Source of the DNA: a virus
Virus record (IMG/VR): IMGVR_UViG_3300034980_000132
Location: 2,977 to 66,976 of that record
Reading direction: 5' to 3' (one strand)
DNA: 64,000 nucleotides
The translations under genes and the position numbers were made by a program. The notes below the pieces were generated by a model. The model saw only the letters and a program-made list of their open reading frames with translations, was not told the DNA's origin and made no database searches. Shown one piece after another: positions 1 through 9,463 of the stretch; positions within the stretch are counted from its first letter, which is position 1, and every line of letters begins with the position of its first letter.

Positions 1-70
1 GGAGAATAATTATTATTCTTTCCCACTAGTGGTATTGCGGTAAAACGCTATACTTAATGAAACGCCCAAA

Positions 71-89
71 CAACAATTATGGTACAATG
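71..89 (+). promoter_or_regulatory. Putative extended -10 promoter (TGGTACAAT) for the replication operon
   Basis: CAACAATTATGGTACAATG lies 7 nt before the ATG at 97; an 18/19 identical copy is at 27076-27094. Confidence 0.55.
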
Positions 90-96
90 GTGAGCT

Positions 97-1689
97 ATGA
101 GCAGCAAAGCATGGATAGACAGTTCTAAGAGAGCGTACCTCCAGGTGCCGTACGACGTGGGCAAGGTGGCTGCGTACCGACGGTTGCCTGCCGCCAGCTG
201 GAACCGCGGGGACCAGATGTGGTCGTTCCGCCCCACCCCCGCTGCCTGCCACACGGTGGCGAACATGGCAGACATGGTGTGCTGCGACGGCGTGCGTGAC
301 ATGGCAGCACAGTGGGAGATGAGTCACACGGTTGAACCGTTCGAGTACGACACCATCACAGAGCCGTGGGGTCACCAGAATAAAGCGGTGTGGTTCACTG
401 GTAACAAGTACGCGGCGTACTTCGATATGGGCATGGGTACAGGCAAGACCAAAGCAGCCATAGATGTGATCGACCACAAGGGCCTCAAGAAGGTTCTGAT
501 CCTGTGCCCGAAGTCAGTCATCAGTGTGTGGCCCAAGCAGTTCGAGGAACACGGCCCGCGGCTGTGCCTGCCCCTCACCATGTCAGGTGGCACCAAAACA
601 AAAGCCAAGAAGTGTGCGGAGTTTGTGAAGGACCACCCCGACGAATCGCTGGCCATCGTGGTTAACTACGAGAGTGCCCGCACGGGCGACCTCGCCACGT
701 GGATCAAGGAACAAGAGTGGGATGGGGTGATACTCGATGAGGCCCACCGCACAAAGACACACAACAGCGCGATCAGCAAGTTCTGCTTCGAGCTGTCCCA
801 CAAGGCCTCGTTCCGGTTGTGCCTGTCTGGCACGCCGTTGCCCGCCAACCCCCTGGACATCTTCGCCCAGTTCCGGTTCCTGGACGCTGGCATATTCGGC
901 ACGTCGTGGTCCAGGTTCAGAGACAAGTACGCTGAGACCAACCCATACTTCAAGAGCCAGATCGTGGGGTTCCGTAACGAGGTAGACCTAAAGAAGAAGA
1001 TGGCGTACCTCATGCACAGCTGCCGCAGCGAGGACGTGCTCGACCTGCCAGACGTGATCGACACAGAGATCCCGGTGGTGCTCGACAGCAAGACCAAGAA
1101 AATCTACAAGGACTTCCACGAGCACATGATCGCGGAGGTCAACGGCGAAGAGGTCACAGCCCTGAACGCCCTGTCCAAGCTGCTCAAGTTGCAGCAGGTG
1201 ACCGGTGGGTTCTGCATAGACTCTGACGTCACCAGCCACATCAGCACGGAGAAGGTGGACGTACTCAGGGACCTGCTGGCGGACATGCCCGAGACCGACA
1301 AGTCTGTGGTGTTCACTAGGTTCAAGTACGACATCCGACAGATCCGAGCCCGGTGCGGGCGTGAGGTGTACGAGCTGAGCGGAGACAAGAACGAGCTGGA
1401 GGAGTGGAAGGAGGCACCAGAGGGTGCCGTGCTGGCCACCCAGATACAGGCCGGTAGCATGGGCATCAGCATGGTGGAGGCAGCGACGTGTTTCTTCTAC
1501 TCCGTAGGATATAGTCTCGGAGACTATGAGCAGGCCCGAGCCCGTCTACACAGGCCGGGGCAAGAACGTAACGTAAACTTCTACCACTTGGTCGCAGAGG
1601 CCAGCATAGACACCACGGTGTACAAGGCGCTGAAGTCCAAGAAGGACGTGGTGGAGAGTGTTCTGGAGGAACTAAGAAATGCCAATTGA
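97..1689 (+). CDS. SNF2-family (SF2) helicase/ATPase
   Basis: Motif I DMGMGTGKT, Ia LILCPKSV, II ILDEAH, III LSGTP, VI QARARLHRPGQ. Confidence 0.93.
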   Translation: MSSKAWIDSSKRAYLQVPYDVGKVAAYRRLPAASWNRGDQMWSFRPTPAACHTVANMADMVCCDGVRDMAAQWEMSHTVEPFEYDTITEPWGHQNKAVWFTGNKYAAYFDMGMGTGKTKAAIDVIDHKGLKKVLILCPKSVISVWPKQFEEHGPRLCLPLTMSGGTKTKAKKCAEFVKDHPDESLAIVVNYESARTGDLATWIKEQEWDGVILDEAHRTKTHNSAISKFCFELSHKASFRLCLSGTPLPANPLDIFAQFRFLDAGIFGTSWSRFRDKYAETNPYFKSQIVGFRNEVDLKKKMAYLMHSCRSEDVLDLPDVIDTEIPVVLDSKTKKIYKDFHEHMIAEVNGEEVTALNALSKLLKLQQVTGGFCIDSDVTSHISTEKVDVLRDLLADMPETDKSVVFTRFKYDIRQIRARCGREVYELSGDKNELEEWKEAPEGAVLATQIQAGSMGISMVEAATCFFYSVGYSLGDYEQARARLHRPGQERNVNFYHLVAEASIDTTVYKALKSKKDVVESVLEELRNAN

Positions 1690-1855
1690 CCCCAACCACT
1701 GTCACTACTGTGGCGAGCCGTTGGCTCTTAACGCTTGGAACGAAATAGAACATGATTGTGAGGGCGACGGAGAGGGCGACACATTTGATGATCGACTCAG
1801 CCTCGGCTTCATGATCCTGGGATTAGACGGAGATAACATCGATGACACTGAATGA
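1679..1855 (+). CDS. Small acidic hypothetical protein with CxxC (58 aa, not in ORF track)
   Basis: GGAGG RBS, then MPIDPNHCHYCGEPL...DDTE*; fills the gap between flanking genes. Confidence 0.55.
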   Translation: MPIDPNHCHYCGEPLALNAWNEIEHDCEGDGEGDTFDDRLSLGFMILGLDGDNIDDTE

Positions 1856-2237
1856 AAAACAAAGGCTTGACCGTCTCATCGAGATCCGAGAGACCATCAA
1901 GAAGCACGACGAAATGACCAAGGCCCTACGTCAGGAGCGTGAGGCCATAGAGCTGGAGATTTACAACGAGTGGGAAACAAGCGGGCGTTCGCAGGTTAAG
2001 CAAGGTGGCTCCACATTTTACATGGCCACAGACACCTACGCGAGCTGTCCCGCTGAAAACAGAGAGGCCCTCATCGAGTACGCCCGAGAGTCTGGCGTCG
2101 AGCTGGGGACCGTCAACAGTCAGAAACTGAAGTCTTACATCAAAGAGGTCACAGAGGAAGGAGGAGACCTGGACCCACAACTCGAATCCCTAATTACCAC
2201 GTTTACAAAGAACCGAATCCGCATTAGAAAAGGTTGA
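1842..2237 (+). CDS. Phage replication-module hypothetical protein (coiled-coil N-terminus)
   Basis: 131 aa ORF with GGAG RBS, between the helicase and the SSB-like gene. Confidence 0.7.
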   Translation: MTLNEKQRLDRLIEIRETIKKHDEMTKALRQEREAIELEIYNEWETSGRSQVKQGGSTFYMATDTYASCPAENREALIEYARESGVELGTVNSQKLKSYIKEVTEEGGDLDPQLESLITTFTKNRIRIRKG

Positions 2238-2241
2238 TACC

Positions 2242-2997
2242 ATGTCAACAGAATTAGTACCTGTCAACGAATACACTGCTCTCGCTCACTCCAGTCTGGT
2301 TGAGGTGTCGGACTACAACTGCGAGACCCCGTCCTTCGGAGACCTGATCCGAGTCAGCACGCCCACGGGCGGCGGCCAGTTCTGGTCTGTCGGTGAGGAC
2401 GCCGAGAAGGAGATCACCGGTATCCTGTGCTTCTACTCACCCAGGGGAATCCTGTGGCCGACCGACGGAGAGGGAAGTGGCAAGGACACCCCGGTGCTGG
2501 AGACTCACGACCTCAAGACCGCGTACCAGATGTCTGACGACATGGGTGACCTGGACATCAAGGTGATGGACGAGGCACGCATGGAGGACGACGACTCTGG
2601 GTACGTCAAGTATGACTGGCAGAAGCTGGGGTACAACCAGTGGGGTTCTGGCAAGGGCCGTGGTAAGAGGACCCGAGAGCAGCGTATCCTCGGCATCCTT
2701 CGTCCCGGCGACGTCATGCCCATCCTGGTGAACGTGTCCCCTGGCAGCGTCAAGGCCATGAGCAAGTTCATCATCCAGAACTTCAACCAGCAGGGCAAGA
2801 GGTTCTTCGAGGGCGTTGTGACCCTCGGCCTCAAGAAGGCCAAGTCCGCTGGTGGGATCGAGTACTCCCAGATCGCCCCGAGCGTCAACGAGTACCTGGA
2901 GGCGGACGCCGCTGAGGTTATCCGCACCAGCTTCACCGACCCCCTGAAGTCTGAGTTCGACCGTACGATGTTCGAGAATGCCATGCGAACGTCGTAG
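2242..2997 (+). CDS. Putative ssDNA-binding/annealing protein
   Basis: 251 aa; position in the replication module; beta-rich pattern (..VVTLGLKKAKSAGGIEYS..); followed by a terminator, suggesting high expression. Function inferred. Confidence 0.5.
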   Translation: MSTELVPVNEYTALAHSSLVEVSDYNCETPSFGDLIRVSTPTGGGQFWSVGEDAEKEITGILCFYSPRGILWPTDGEGSGKDTPVLETHDLKTAYQMSDDMGDLDIKVMDEARMEDDDSGYVKYDWQKLGYNQWGSGKGRGKRTREQRILGILRPGDVMPILVNVSPGSVKAMSKFIIQNFNQQGKRFFEGVVTLGLKKAKSAGGIEYSQIAPSVNEYLEADAAEVIRTSFTDPLKSEFDRTMFENAMRTS

Positions 2998-3011
2998 TAT
3001 CCGCCATAACC

Positions 3012-3050
3012 GCATGGGCTGGGGGCCATACCTCCAGCCCATGCCTTTCT
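3012..3050 (+). terminator. Intrinsic terminator
   Basis: 14-bp stem GCATGGGCTGGGGG/CCTCCAGCCCATGC followed by CTTTCT. Confidence 0.7.
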
Positions 3051-3065
3051 ATAACGGAGTGTTAG

Positions 3066-4580
3066 ATGCTTAATCACCTGATGTTAGACAAAGTGCTGTC
3101 GTTCGCAGCTCGGGGTTGGAAGATCCTGCCGGTGTGGGGTCACGACGAAGGCAAGTGCCGCTGCAAGCGAGGGGCCGACTGTCCATCTCCAGGCAAGCAC
3201 CCAATACAACACGACTGGCCGGGGCACGCCACCGACAGGGTGGACACCATCCGTTCGTGGTTTGACAAGTACGAGGGGTGCAACTGGGGTGTCAAGCTGG
3301 GGGAAGAGTCAGGTGTCATAGACGTAGAGTTCGATGACGCTGCTGGTCGGGCTGTGGCCGACAAGCTGTTCAAAGATGTTCACACCATGACGTACACGTC
3401 CGGTAGGTCGGACCACCGTTTCTTCAAGTGGCACCCGGACCTACCTCAGCAGGCTGTAATCAAGAAGCACGGGCTAGAGATACGGACAGGCGGTGGCAAG
3501 AAAGCTGCCATGAGCATCATACCTCCGAGCGTACACCCCAGCGGTGTGTCCTACCATGAGGTGCAGGGTTTTGGGGTCGCTGACGTGGGGGTGGTTGACT
3601 TGCCTGAGGTGTTCTGGAATCTCATCAACAGCAGCGCCGACGACGAGTACGCCGTGGAGGAGGGCGTGGAGCCCAAGGACGAGATAGACGTGGACGCCGA
3701 GGTGACTACGGGTAACCGCAATGACGAGATGCTGCGGTACGGGTGCTCTATGGCTAAGATGATGCGATCCGTCAGCAGCAGCAAGGAAAAAAAGCTGCTG
3801 ATGGCATCCATGGCTGGACACAACGTCAACAAGTTCAAGCCACCTCTTGACCAGCATGAGCTGGATCTGGTGTTTCAGAGCGTCCTGAAGTACAGCACAC
3901 AGGACGACGTTGACGCTGCTAGCAAGAGGGCTGCGTACACTGAGCTGGGGCTGAAGGTAACGGACCAAGGGGAGTGGTTCCCAGGTACATGGCACCTGGA
4001 CATCATCGAGTCTGACCCGGTCACATACAAGGTATGGGCTCCAGGCCTCAAGGAGGGGTACGTGGAGTTCGACAAGGACACGTTCTTCGACCACAACTCC
4101 GTGGCCAAGTACTTCAGTGAGGCATCTGGGGGTAAGGTGGTTCTGAATGATGTTCCTACGGTGTTCAGGAATATATGGGAGGGCACCCCTCCCAGCAAGA
4201 ACAACCCGTCGGGGTACACCGGCGTGCGGGGGAAGCTACAGCATGCTGCCAAGACGTACACGCCGCCCAAGGAGGAGACCCGGAAGTACCAGATATTGAG
4301 GGGCGTGGTAGAGGTGGTGACAGGCAGGGAGTTCACCGACGACTTCACGGACGAGAGGCAGACAGTGTACGACGTGGACGGCGTGATCTGGTTCAAGTTC
4401 TACCCACTTCTCGGCAAGATGCAAATGGACGACAAGACCATCTCGAAGAACGAGCTGTCCCGAACCCTCGGTAAGCTGGGGATAAAGAGCAGCCAGCCCT
4501 ATAGGGAAGGGATAAAATACAATCGCATGCACAGCATAAACGAGGACGCCATGCAGCGGCTGGTGGATGAGTGTAGTTAG
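3066..4580 (+). CDS. Bifunctional DNA primase/polymerase (Prim-Pol) with PriCT-like domain
   Basis: N-terminal GWKILPV..CRC..C.SPGKHP Zn motif, NWGV..G..SGVIDVEFD, IIPPSVHPSG; GNRND..PPLD..EL PriCT-1-like segment. Confidence 0.88.
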   Translation: MLNHLMLDKVLSFAARGWKILPVWGHDEGKCRCKRGADCPSPGKHPIQHDWPGHATDRVDTIRSWFDKYEGCNWGVKLGEESGVIDVEFDDAAGRAVADKLFKDVHTMTYTSGRSDHRFFKWHPDLPQQAVIKKHGLEIRTGGGKKAAMSIIPPSVHPSGVSYHEVQGFGVADVGVVDLPEVFWNLINSSADDEYAVEEGVEPKDEIDVDAEVTTGNRNDEMLRYGCSMAKMMRSVSSSKEKKLLMASMAGHNVNKFKPPLDQHELDLVFQSVLKYSTQDDVDAASKRAAYTELGLKVTDQGEWFPGTWHLDIIESDPVTYKVWAPGLKEGYVEFDKDTFFDHNSVAKYFSEASGGKVVLNDVPTVFRNIWEGTPPSKNNPSGYTGVRGKLQHAAKTYTPPKEETRKYQILRGVVEVVTGREFTDDFTDERQTVYDVDGVIWFKFYPLLGKMQMDDKTISKNELSRTLGKLGIKSSQPYREGIKYNRMHSINEDAMQRLVDECS

Positions 4581-4582
4581 AT

Positions 4583-4797
4583 CAGTAACTCGTATACTAT
4601 AGGGCTGAAAACTTTTTCAATTGGGTCAATCTAGCCGAGTACGTGAGCAAACTAGATATAACCCCTGTGATAGTAACGAGTTACTGCACCGGAGGTAAGT
4701 GAGCAAAAAAAGTAAGACTCTCCCTGTAAGTTGTTGGTACGCCACAAGTTAAGTACTGCTCACTTAGAAAAAAAGTAAGTGAGACTAGGTGAGCAAA
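4583..4797. repeat. AT-rich intergenic repeat cluster, candidate replication origin
   Basis: GTGAGCAAA at 4643, 4699 and 4789; inverted TGCTCACTTA at 4757; 11-bp inverted repeat 4583-4593/4676-4686; A-tracts. Confidence 0.6.
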
Positions 4798-4807
4798 GGA
4801 GCCAAAC

Positions 4808-6454
4808 ATGATTATTGAGCGGATGATTGGGGGAGCTGGGACAGGTAAGACGACCATGTTGATCAAAAAGCTGAACGAGGAGATCGCCGGTGGCGTGCCT
4901 CTCCCGGCCATCGGGTACATCAGTTTCACCAAGGCGGCACTCGAAGTCATCAAGAGCAGAAGCTCAGCCATCCAGACCAGCGGGGAGTACGACGGTTCCG
5001 AAGACAGCACACCCTGGTTCCGCACGATCCACTCGGTGTGCTACAGGTGCCTCGAAATCGACAACCCCCGCATGCTAGGTAACACAAGGGCGGACAACGA
5101 GTGGGTCGAGAACGCAGTCGGAGAGCCCGTCAGGTTCAGTGGGTCGTACCAGGAGGGTGGGTCGCTGGTGTACACCGGGAGCACCGACGCTGCTGTGGCC
5201 CTCAACCTGTGGGGGTGTGCCCGCAACACCATGGAAACGCTAGCTGATTGCCACAGGAGACGGCAGCAGAGTGGCCAGGAGATGAGGTCGCTGACGTACA
5301 TCCAGGAGATCGTGGGGCGGTACGAAGAGTGCAAGGCTGAGGACGGGAAAATCGACTTCACAGACCTCCTGAGCATGTTCGCGGGGTTTGAGTCGGATCT
5401 GAGCCACGGGGCCGTTAGGGTGGACGCTGGGGGCCTTGTACCGGACGTGAGGGTGTGGTTCCACGACGAGTGTCAGGATGCCTCAAAGCTGTCCATGGAA
5501 GTCTTCAAACGCCTACTGACAGGGGCAAACGTGGAAAAAGCAGTGATGGCAGGCGACCCTTTCCAGAATATCTACGACTTCAGCGGGTCAGATCACAGAG
5601 TATTTACTGGACTTGAGGTAGGTAAAGAGAGTATAATGCCTAAATCGTTTAGATGTGGTGTAAACATCCTGAGATACGGCGAGAGTGTCTTAACCGGAAG
5701 CCCAGGCTATTTCAAACGGGGGATCTCCCCGGCTGATCACAAAGGAATCATTACGAATGTCCATACCCTTCAAAGCGCCATCGAGTTCATCGACCCAAGA
5801 GAGGACTGGCTCATTCTCGCACGGACCAACTCGCTTGTTCGGCGGATTCAGTCAGTGCTCAGCAAAAGCGGACTTGCGTGGAGTGATATACAGGGGCAAG
5901 GCCGAAGAGGTAAGCAAAGCCGAAGGATCGCAACTGCGTGCCTTGCACTACGTCAGCTGTGCGATGGCCGTTCAATTGATGGCAAGGGATGGAGAGCTAT
6001 CACTCAGTCAGTGATGCCCTGCTGTCTGGCGGAGGGGACCAAGTCCCGGCACGCCAAGATAGACAGCGTGAAGGACCTTCCGTCGGTGGACGTAGCTGGC
6101 ATAGGGTTCCTCGGGGCCAACGACAAGCTGCTGGGGATGATCAAGAGCACCTACTGGGCCCAGGCTTTTGAGAAGGGCGAGGACAGAGACATGGCTCACT
6201 TCGTACGGCGGTGGGGGCCAGAGGCCGTTCTGCCACTTAGGATACGGGTCGGCACGATCCACTCGGTCAAGGGTGGTGAGGCAGACAACGTCATCCTGCT
6301 GGGGACCACCAACAGGATCATAGCAGAAGCCAGCGAGAGTACGGAGGGCCGCGGAGCAGAGCAGAGACTTGCGTACGTTGGGATAACCAGAGCTAAGAAA
6401 CAACTGATTACAGTGCAGGAACTGAGAAAACCTTGTCTTCCGATGTTTGCTTAA
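4808..6454 (+). CDS. UvrD/Rep-like SF1 helicase
   Basis: GGAGTGKTT, ISFTKAA, FRTIHS, HDECQD, AGDPFQNIY, ILARTN, TIHSVKGGEAD, YVGITRAK. Confidence 0.92.
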   Translation: MIIERMIGGAGTGKTTMLIKKLNEEIAGGVPLPAIGYISFTKAALEVIKSRSSAIQTSGEYDGSEDSTPWFRTIHSVCYRCLEIDNPRMLGNTRADNEWVENAVGEPVRFSGSYQEGGSLVYTGSTDAAVALNLWGCARNTMETLADCHRRRQQSGQEMRSLTYIQEIVGRYEECKAEDGKIDFTDLLSMFAGFESDLSHGAVRVDAGGLVPDVRVWFHDECQDASKLSMEVFKRLLTGANVEKAVMAGDPFQNIYDFSGSDHRVFTGLEVGKESIMPKSFRCGVNILRYGESVLTGSPGYFKRGISPADHKGIITNVHTLQSAIEFIDPREDWLILARTNSLVRRIQSVLSKSGLAWSDIQGQGRRGKQSRRIATACLALRQLCDGRSIDGKGWRAITQSVMPCCLAEGTKSRHAKIDSVKDLPSVDVAGIGFLGANDKLLGMIKSTYWAQAFEKGEDRDMAHFVRRWGPEAVLPLRIRVGTIHSVKGGEADNVILLGTTNRIIAEASESTEGRGAEQRLAYVGITRAKKQLITVQELRKPCLPMFA

Positions 6455-6474
6455 CCTCCTAAATTACGCAGGTT

Positions 6475-6498
6475 GCCCCTGGAGGTCGGGCTTTTTTT
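6475..6498 (+). terminator. Intrinsic terminator
   Basis: GCCC/GGGC stem followed by T7 after the helicase stop. Confidence 0.6.
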
Positions 6499-6544
6499 GT
6501 AACCGGTTTGAATTTAAGTAGCCGCCCTTATAGGGAAACGTGTT

Positions 6545-6841
6545 ATGGTATGCTCAAATTGTCTGAAGAAGTCCGCTGGGTCCTGGGAAGGGCGATTCTG
6601 TACGTTGCAGTGTATGCGGGATTACTATCGGCAGACCCTCAACTGGCCCAACTCCCCACCCCACATCAGGTATTTGAAGGATAAAGATTCATTATCTCCC
6701 TTGCGCCGAGAGCACGACGACGCTATACTGAATGCTGCGGAGACCGACCCAGAACTGGCGGAGGCAGCCGACGCAATCATAGCCGCAAGGTGCGAGGACG
6801 TCAAGGCAGCCAGGGACCTACTGGGGCTAGACGTCGAATGA
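6545..6841 (+). CDS. Hypothetical protein with N-terminal CxxC...FCxxxC zinc motif
   Basis: MVCSNC...RFCTLQC; ATGA overlap with the next gene. Confidence 0.6.
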   Translation: MVCSNCLKKSAGSWEGRFCTLQCMRDYYRQTLNWPNSPPHIRYLKDKDSLSPLRREHDDAILNAAETDPELAEAADAIIAARCEDVKAARDLLGLDVE

Positions 6842-7137
6842 AAGAGGCAGACATAGTTAGGAAGATTACCCAGTGGCTCAAGAACAACGAGTTCTGGGCC
6901 GTCAAGATGCACGGCGGGCCGTTCATGATGATGGGAATCCCCGACGTGCTGGCCATCAAGGACGGCAAGGCCTACTGGTTCGAGGTAAAGACTCCGAGGG
7001 GAGTACCGTCCAAGGTGCAGCTTTACGTTATGCAGCAGCTCAGGAAGCACGGCTGCGTGGCGGAGGTAGTCCGGTCAGTGTCGGACGTCGTTAAAGTCAT
7101 GGAGCAACGCCTTGATAAACATCCAACCAGTGATTAA
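6838..7137 (+). CDS. VRR-NUC / PD-(D/E)xK nuclease (Holliday junction resolvase-like)
   Basis: MKEADI..GIPDVL..WFEVKTPRG..SKVQ; start reassigned to ATG 6838. Confidence 0.88.
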   Translation: MKEADIVRKITQWLKNNEFWAVKMHGGPFMMMGIPDVLAIKDGKAYWFEVKTPRGVPSKVQLYVMQQLRKHGCVAEVVRSVSDVVKVMEQRLDKHPTSD

Positions 7138-7594
7138 GCAGGACCTTGTGGTCCTAGAGCAGATAGAGAAAGCTCTCTTCGGGGAGTCAGGCTGGAGCGT
7201 GGACCAGTTCCAGAAGTACGCCGCGGTGGCGGGCGCAAAGATGTTGGTGGCCCACAATACATTCGGAGACCCAATAGGTCATGTATGCTTCGCTCAAGAT
7301 GATGCCCACGCCATAGTCACAAACTTGGCGGTAGCTCGCTCTCACCAACGAGGGGGCTTCGGGACTAGGCTGATGGAGGAAGTGGTTAAGAGTGTTAGGG
7401 CTGTGTCCGATGACGTACTCATAGAGTTCCTGGTTGCGGAGGACAACCTGGAGTTACTGATGTTCCTGAAGGGTCAAGGCTTTCGATGGGTTCAAACTAT
7501 AGATGAACCATTTGAGGGCAAAGACCTAGACGGCTACCTATTGTTTTGGGAGTTCATTCCCACCAAACGGTTTAGCTTTACAATCGACCATTAG
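7112..7594 (+). CDS. GNAT acetyltransferase, RimI-like
   Basis: IEKALF..WS, NLAVARSHQRGGFGTRLM acetyl-CoA motif A, V.EDN..L.FL..GF. Confidence 0.85.
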   Translation: MINIQPVIKQDLVVLEQIEKALFGESGWSVDQFQKYAAVAGAKMLVAHNTFGDPIGHVCFAQDDAHAIVTNLAVARSHQRGGFGTRLMEEVVKSVRAVSDDVLIEFLVAEDNLELLMFLKGQGFRWVQTIDEPFEGKDLDGYLLFWEFIPTKRFSFTIDH

Positions 7595-7609
7595 TTAAGG
7601 ATCAAGAAC

Positions 7610-8527
7610 ATGAGGAAAATCTCGACACTCGCACTCTTACTGTTGCTCGCCCCTGCCGTAGCCTTTGCCTCACTGGCCGAGGACCTCCAGGACGTGAGCG
7701 TCACCATCCGCACATCCCGTGGCCAAGGATCGGGCGTACTGATCACCAGAGAACTCCGGCTCAACGACGACACAGACGAAACTACTTCAGTGACCATGGT
7801 ACTGACAGCGGCCCACGTTGTATCCAGCGCCAAGAGCACCCGGTCGTCCATCGTGGACGGCGAGAAGCGAACGATCACGGAGTTCGAGGAGATCGACGTG
7901 GTAAAGGAGCTTCGGCAGGACGGTCGCCGGGTTGGTGAGATCACCATGGCTGCCACGGTTGTGCGGTACTCCGACGCCCGTGAAGGCGACGACCTCGCGC
8001 TGCTGGTCCTCCGCAAGAGGGACTACTCGGACTCCAGCGTGACGTTCTTCGCTGAAGATGACATCATCCCGGTGGGCACACACCTGTACCACGTTGGGAG
8101 CCTGCTCGGACAGTTCGGCAGTAACTCCATGACCGACGGCCTGATGTCTCAGGTCGGTCGTACCCTGTCTGTCGGGAACGGCGCTGGCACCGTGTTTGAT
8201 CAGGTGAGCTGCATCGCGTGGCCCGGATCGTCGGGCGGCGGTGTGTTCATTAGCGACCAACACAAAGACGAGAACATGCACGGTCGGTTGGTTGGTTTGC
8301 TTGTCAGGGGGGCTGGCAATGGTGGCGGGGGTTTTGCGTTTATTGTTCCGTCCCGTAGAATTCACACTTGGGCGGCTGCCTCCGACTGTGAGTGGCTGTT
8401 AGATCCTTCTATGGACCAGCCTTGCCTTGATGCTATTTACAAGGCTCCCATGGGTGGCGGGGACGACTCCGCAGGGTATTCAGACGAGGACCTCGAAGCA
8501 CAGAACTTCATGCTCCTTGGTAACTGA
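7610..8527 (+). CDS. Secreted trypsin-like (S1) serine protease
   Basis: Signal peptide MRKISTLALLLLLAPAVAFA; triad LTAAHV / DDLALL / PGSSGGG. Confidence 0.88.
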   Translation: MRKISTLALLLLLAPAVAFASLAEDLQDVSVTIRTSRGQGSGVLITRELRLNDDTDETTSVTMVLTAAHVVSSAKSTRSSIVDGEKRTITEFEEIDVVKELRQDGRRVGEITMAATVVRYSDAREGDDLALLVLRKRDYSDSSVTFFAEDDIIPVGTHLYHVGSLLGQFGSNSMTDGLMSQVGRTLSVGNGAGTVFDQVSCIAWPGSSGGGVFISDQHKDENMHGRLVGLLVRGAGNGGGGFAFIVPSRRIHTWAAASDCEWLLDPSMDQPCLDAIYKAPMGGGDDSAGYSDEDLEAQNFMLLGN

Positions 8528-8539
8528 CCCCAATTCTTG

Positions 8540-8578
8540 AGCCCCAGGGACGGTCATGCAACCACCCTGGGGCTTTTT
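8540..8578 (+). terminator. Intrinsic terminator
   Basis: AGCCCCAGGG/CCCTGGGGCT stem followed by a T-run. Confidence 0.75.
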
Positions 8579-8654
8579 CTATTTTTACCCTAGTAGTATT
8601 TCCAGAAATTGGTATACTAAAGGTATGAGTCAAACGAACCGCCTGGAGAAACCC

Positions 8655-9413
8655 ATGGCCAAAGTACTATTCTATGACATCGAGACCGCCCCCAACCTCG
8701 GATACGTCTGGGGCCAGTGGGAGCAGAATGTCCTGAGCCACGTCCGAGAGTGGTACGTTCTGTGCTTCAGCTACCGGTGGGAGGGTGACAAGAAGACCAC
8801 GTCGGTGGCGCTCCCCGACTTCCCGGCTGCCTACAAGAAAGATCCGGAGAACGACAAGCTAGTGGTACAGAAACTGTGGGACCTGTTCGAGGAGGCCGAC
8901 GTGATCGTCGCACACAACGGCGACCACTTCGACTACCGCAAGGCGAGCGCCCGGTTCATCTACCACGGCATGGGCCCACCGGCCAAGCCGCAGAGCGTGG
9001 ACACGCTGAAGTGGGCTCGCAAGCACTTCATGTTTAACAGCAACAAACTCGGGGACCTGGGTCAGCGCCTGGGGCTCGGGAACAAGGAGGCCACCGGAGG
9101 CTTCAAGCTGTGGCAGGGGTGCATGCGGGGAGACCCCAAGGCCTGGAAGACCATGATCCGCTACGCCAAGCAGGACGTTACCCTACTACAGAAGGTGTAC
9201 TACAAGCTGCGACCGTGGTCCACCAACCACCCGAACCTCAACACCGTGGACGGCACGAAGGACAGCTGCCCGACGTGCGGTTCCAACCAGCTGATTTCCC
9301 GTGGGTCATACCGCACAAAGGTCAGCACGTTCAAGAGGCTCAGCTGCAAGTCATGTGGTGCTTTTTGCCGGAGCCGCAAGTCCGTTTCATCCACCACCAA
9401 CCTTACAACGTAG
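8655..9413 (+). CDS. DnaQ/RNase H-fold 3'-5' exonuclease with C-terminal Zn ribbon
   Basis: ExoI YDIET, ExoII AHNGDHFD, ExoIII YAKQD, CPTC..CKSC; start set at the ATG after GGAG. Confidence 0.88.
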   Translation: MAKVLFYDIETAPNLGYVWGQWEQNVLSHVREWYVLCFSYRWEGDKKTTSVALPDFPAAYKKDPENDKLVVQKLWDLFEEADVIVAHNGDHFDYRKASARFIYHGMGPPAKPQSVDTLKWARKHFMFNSNKLGDLGQRLGLGNKEATGGFKLWQGCMRGDPKAWKTMIRYAKQDVTLLQKVYYKLRPWSTNHPNLNTVDGTKDSCPTCGSNQLISRGSYRTKVSTFKRLSCKSCGAFCRSRKSVSSTTNLTT

Positions 9414-9463
9414 GAATGAAACTCGGACGGACCCTGGTACACTACTCTAATTATGAGGCGACC

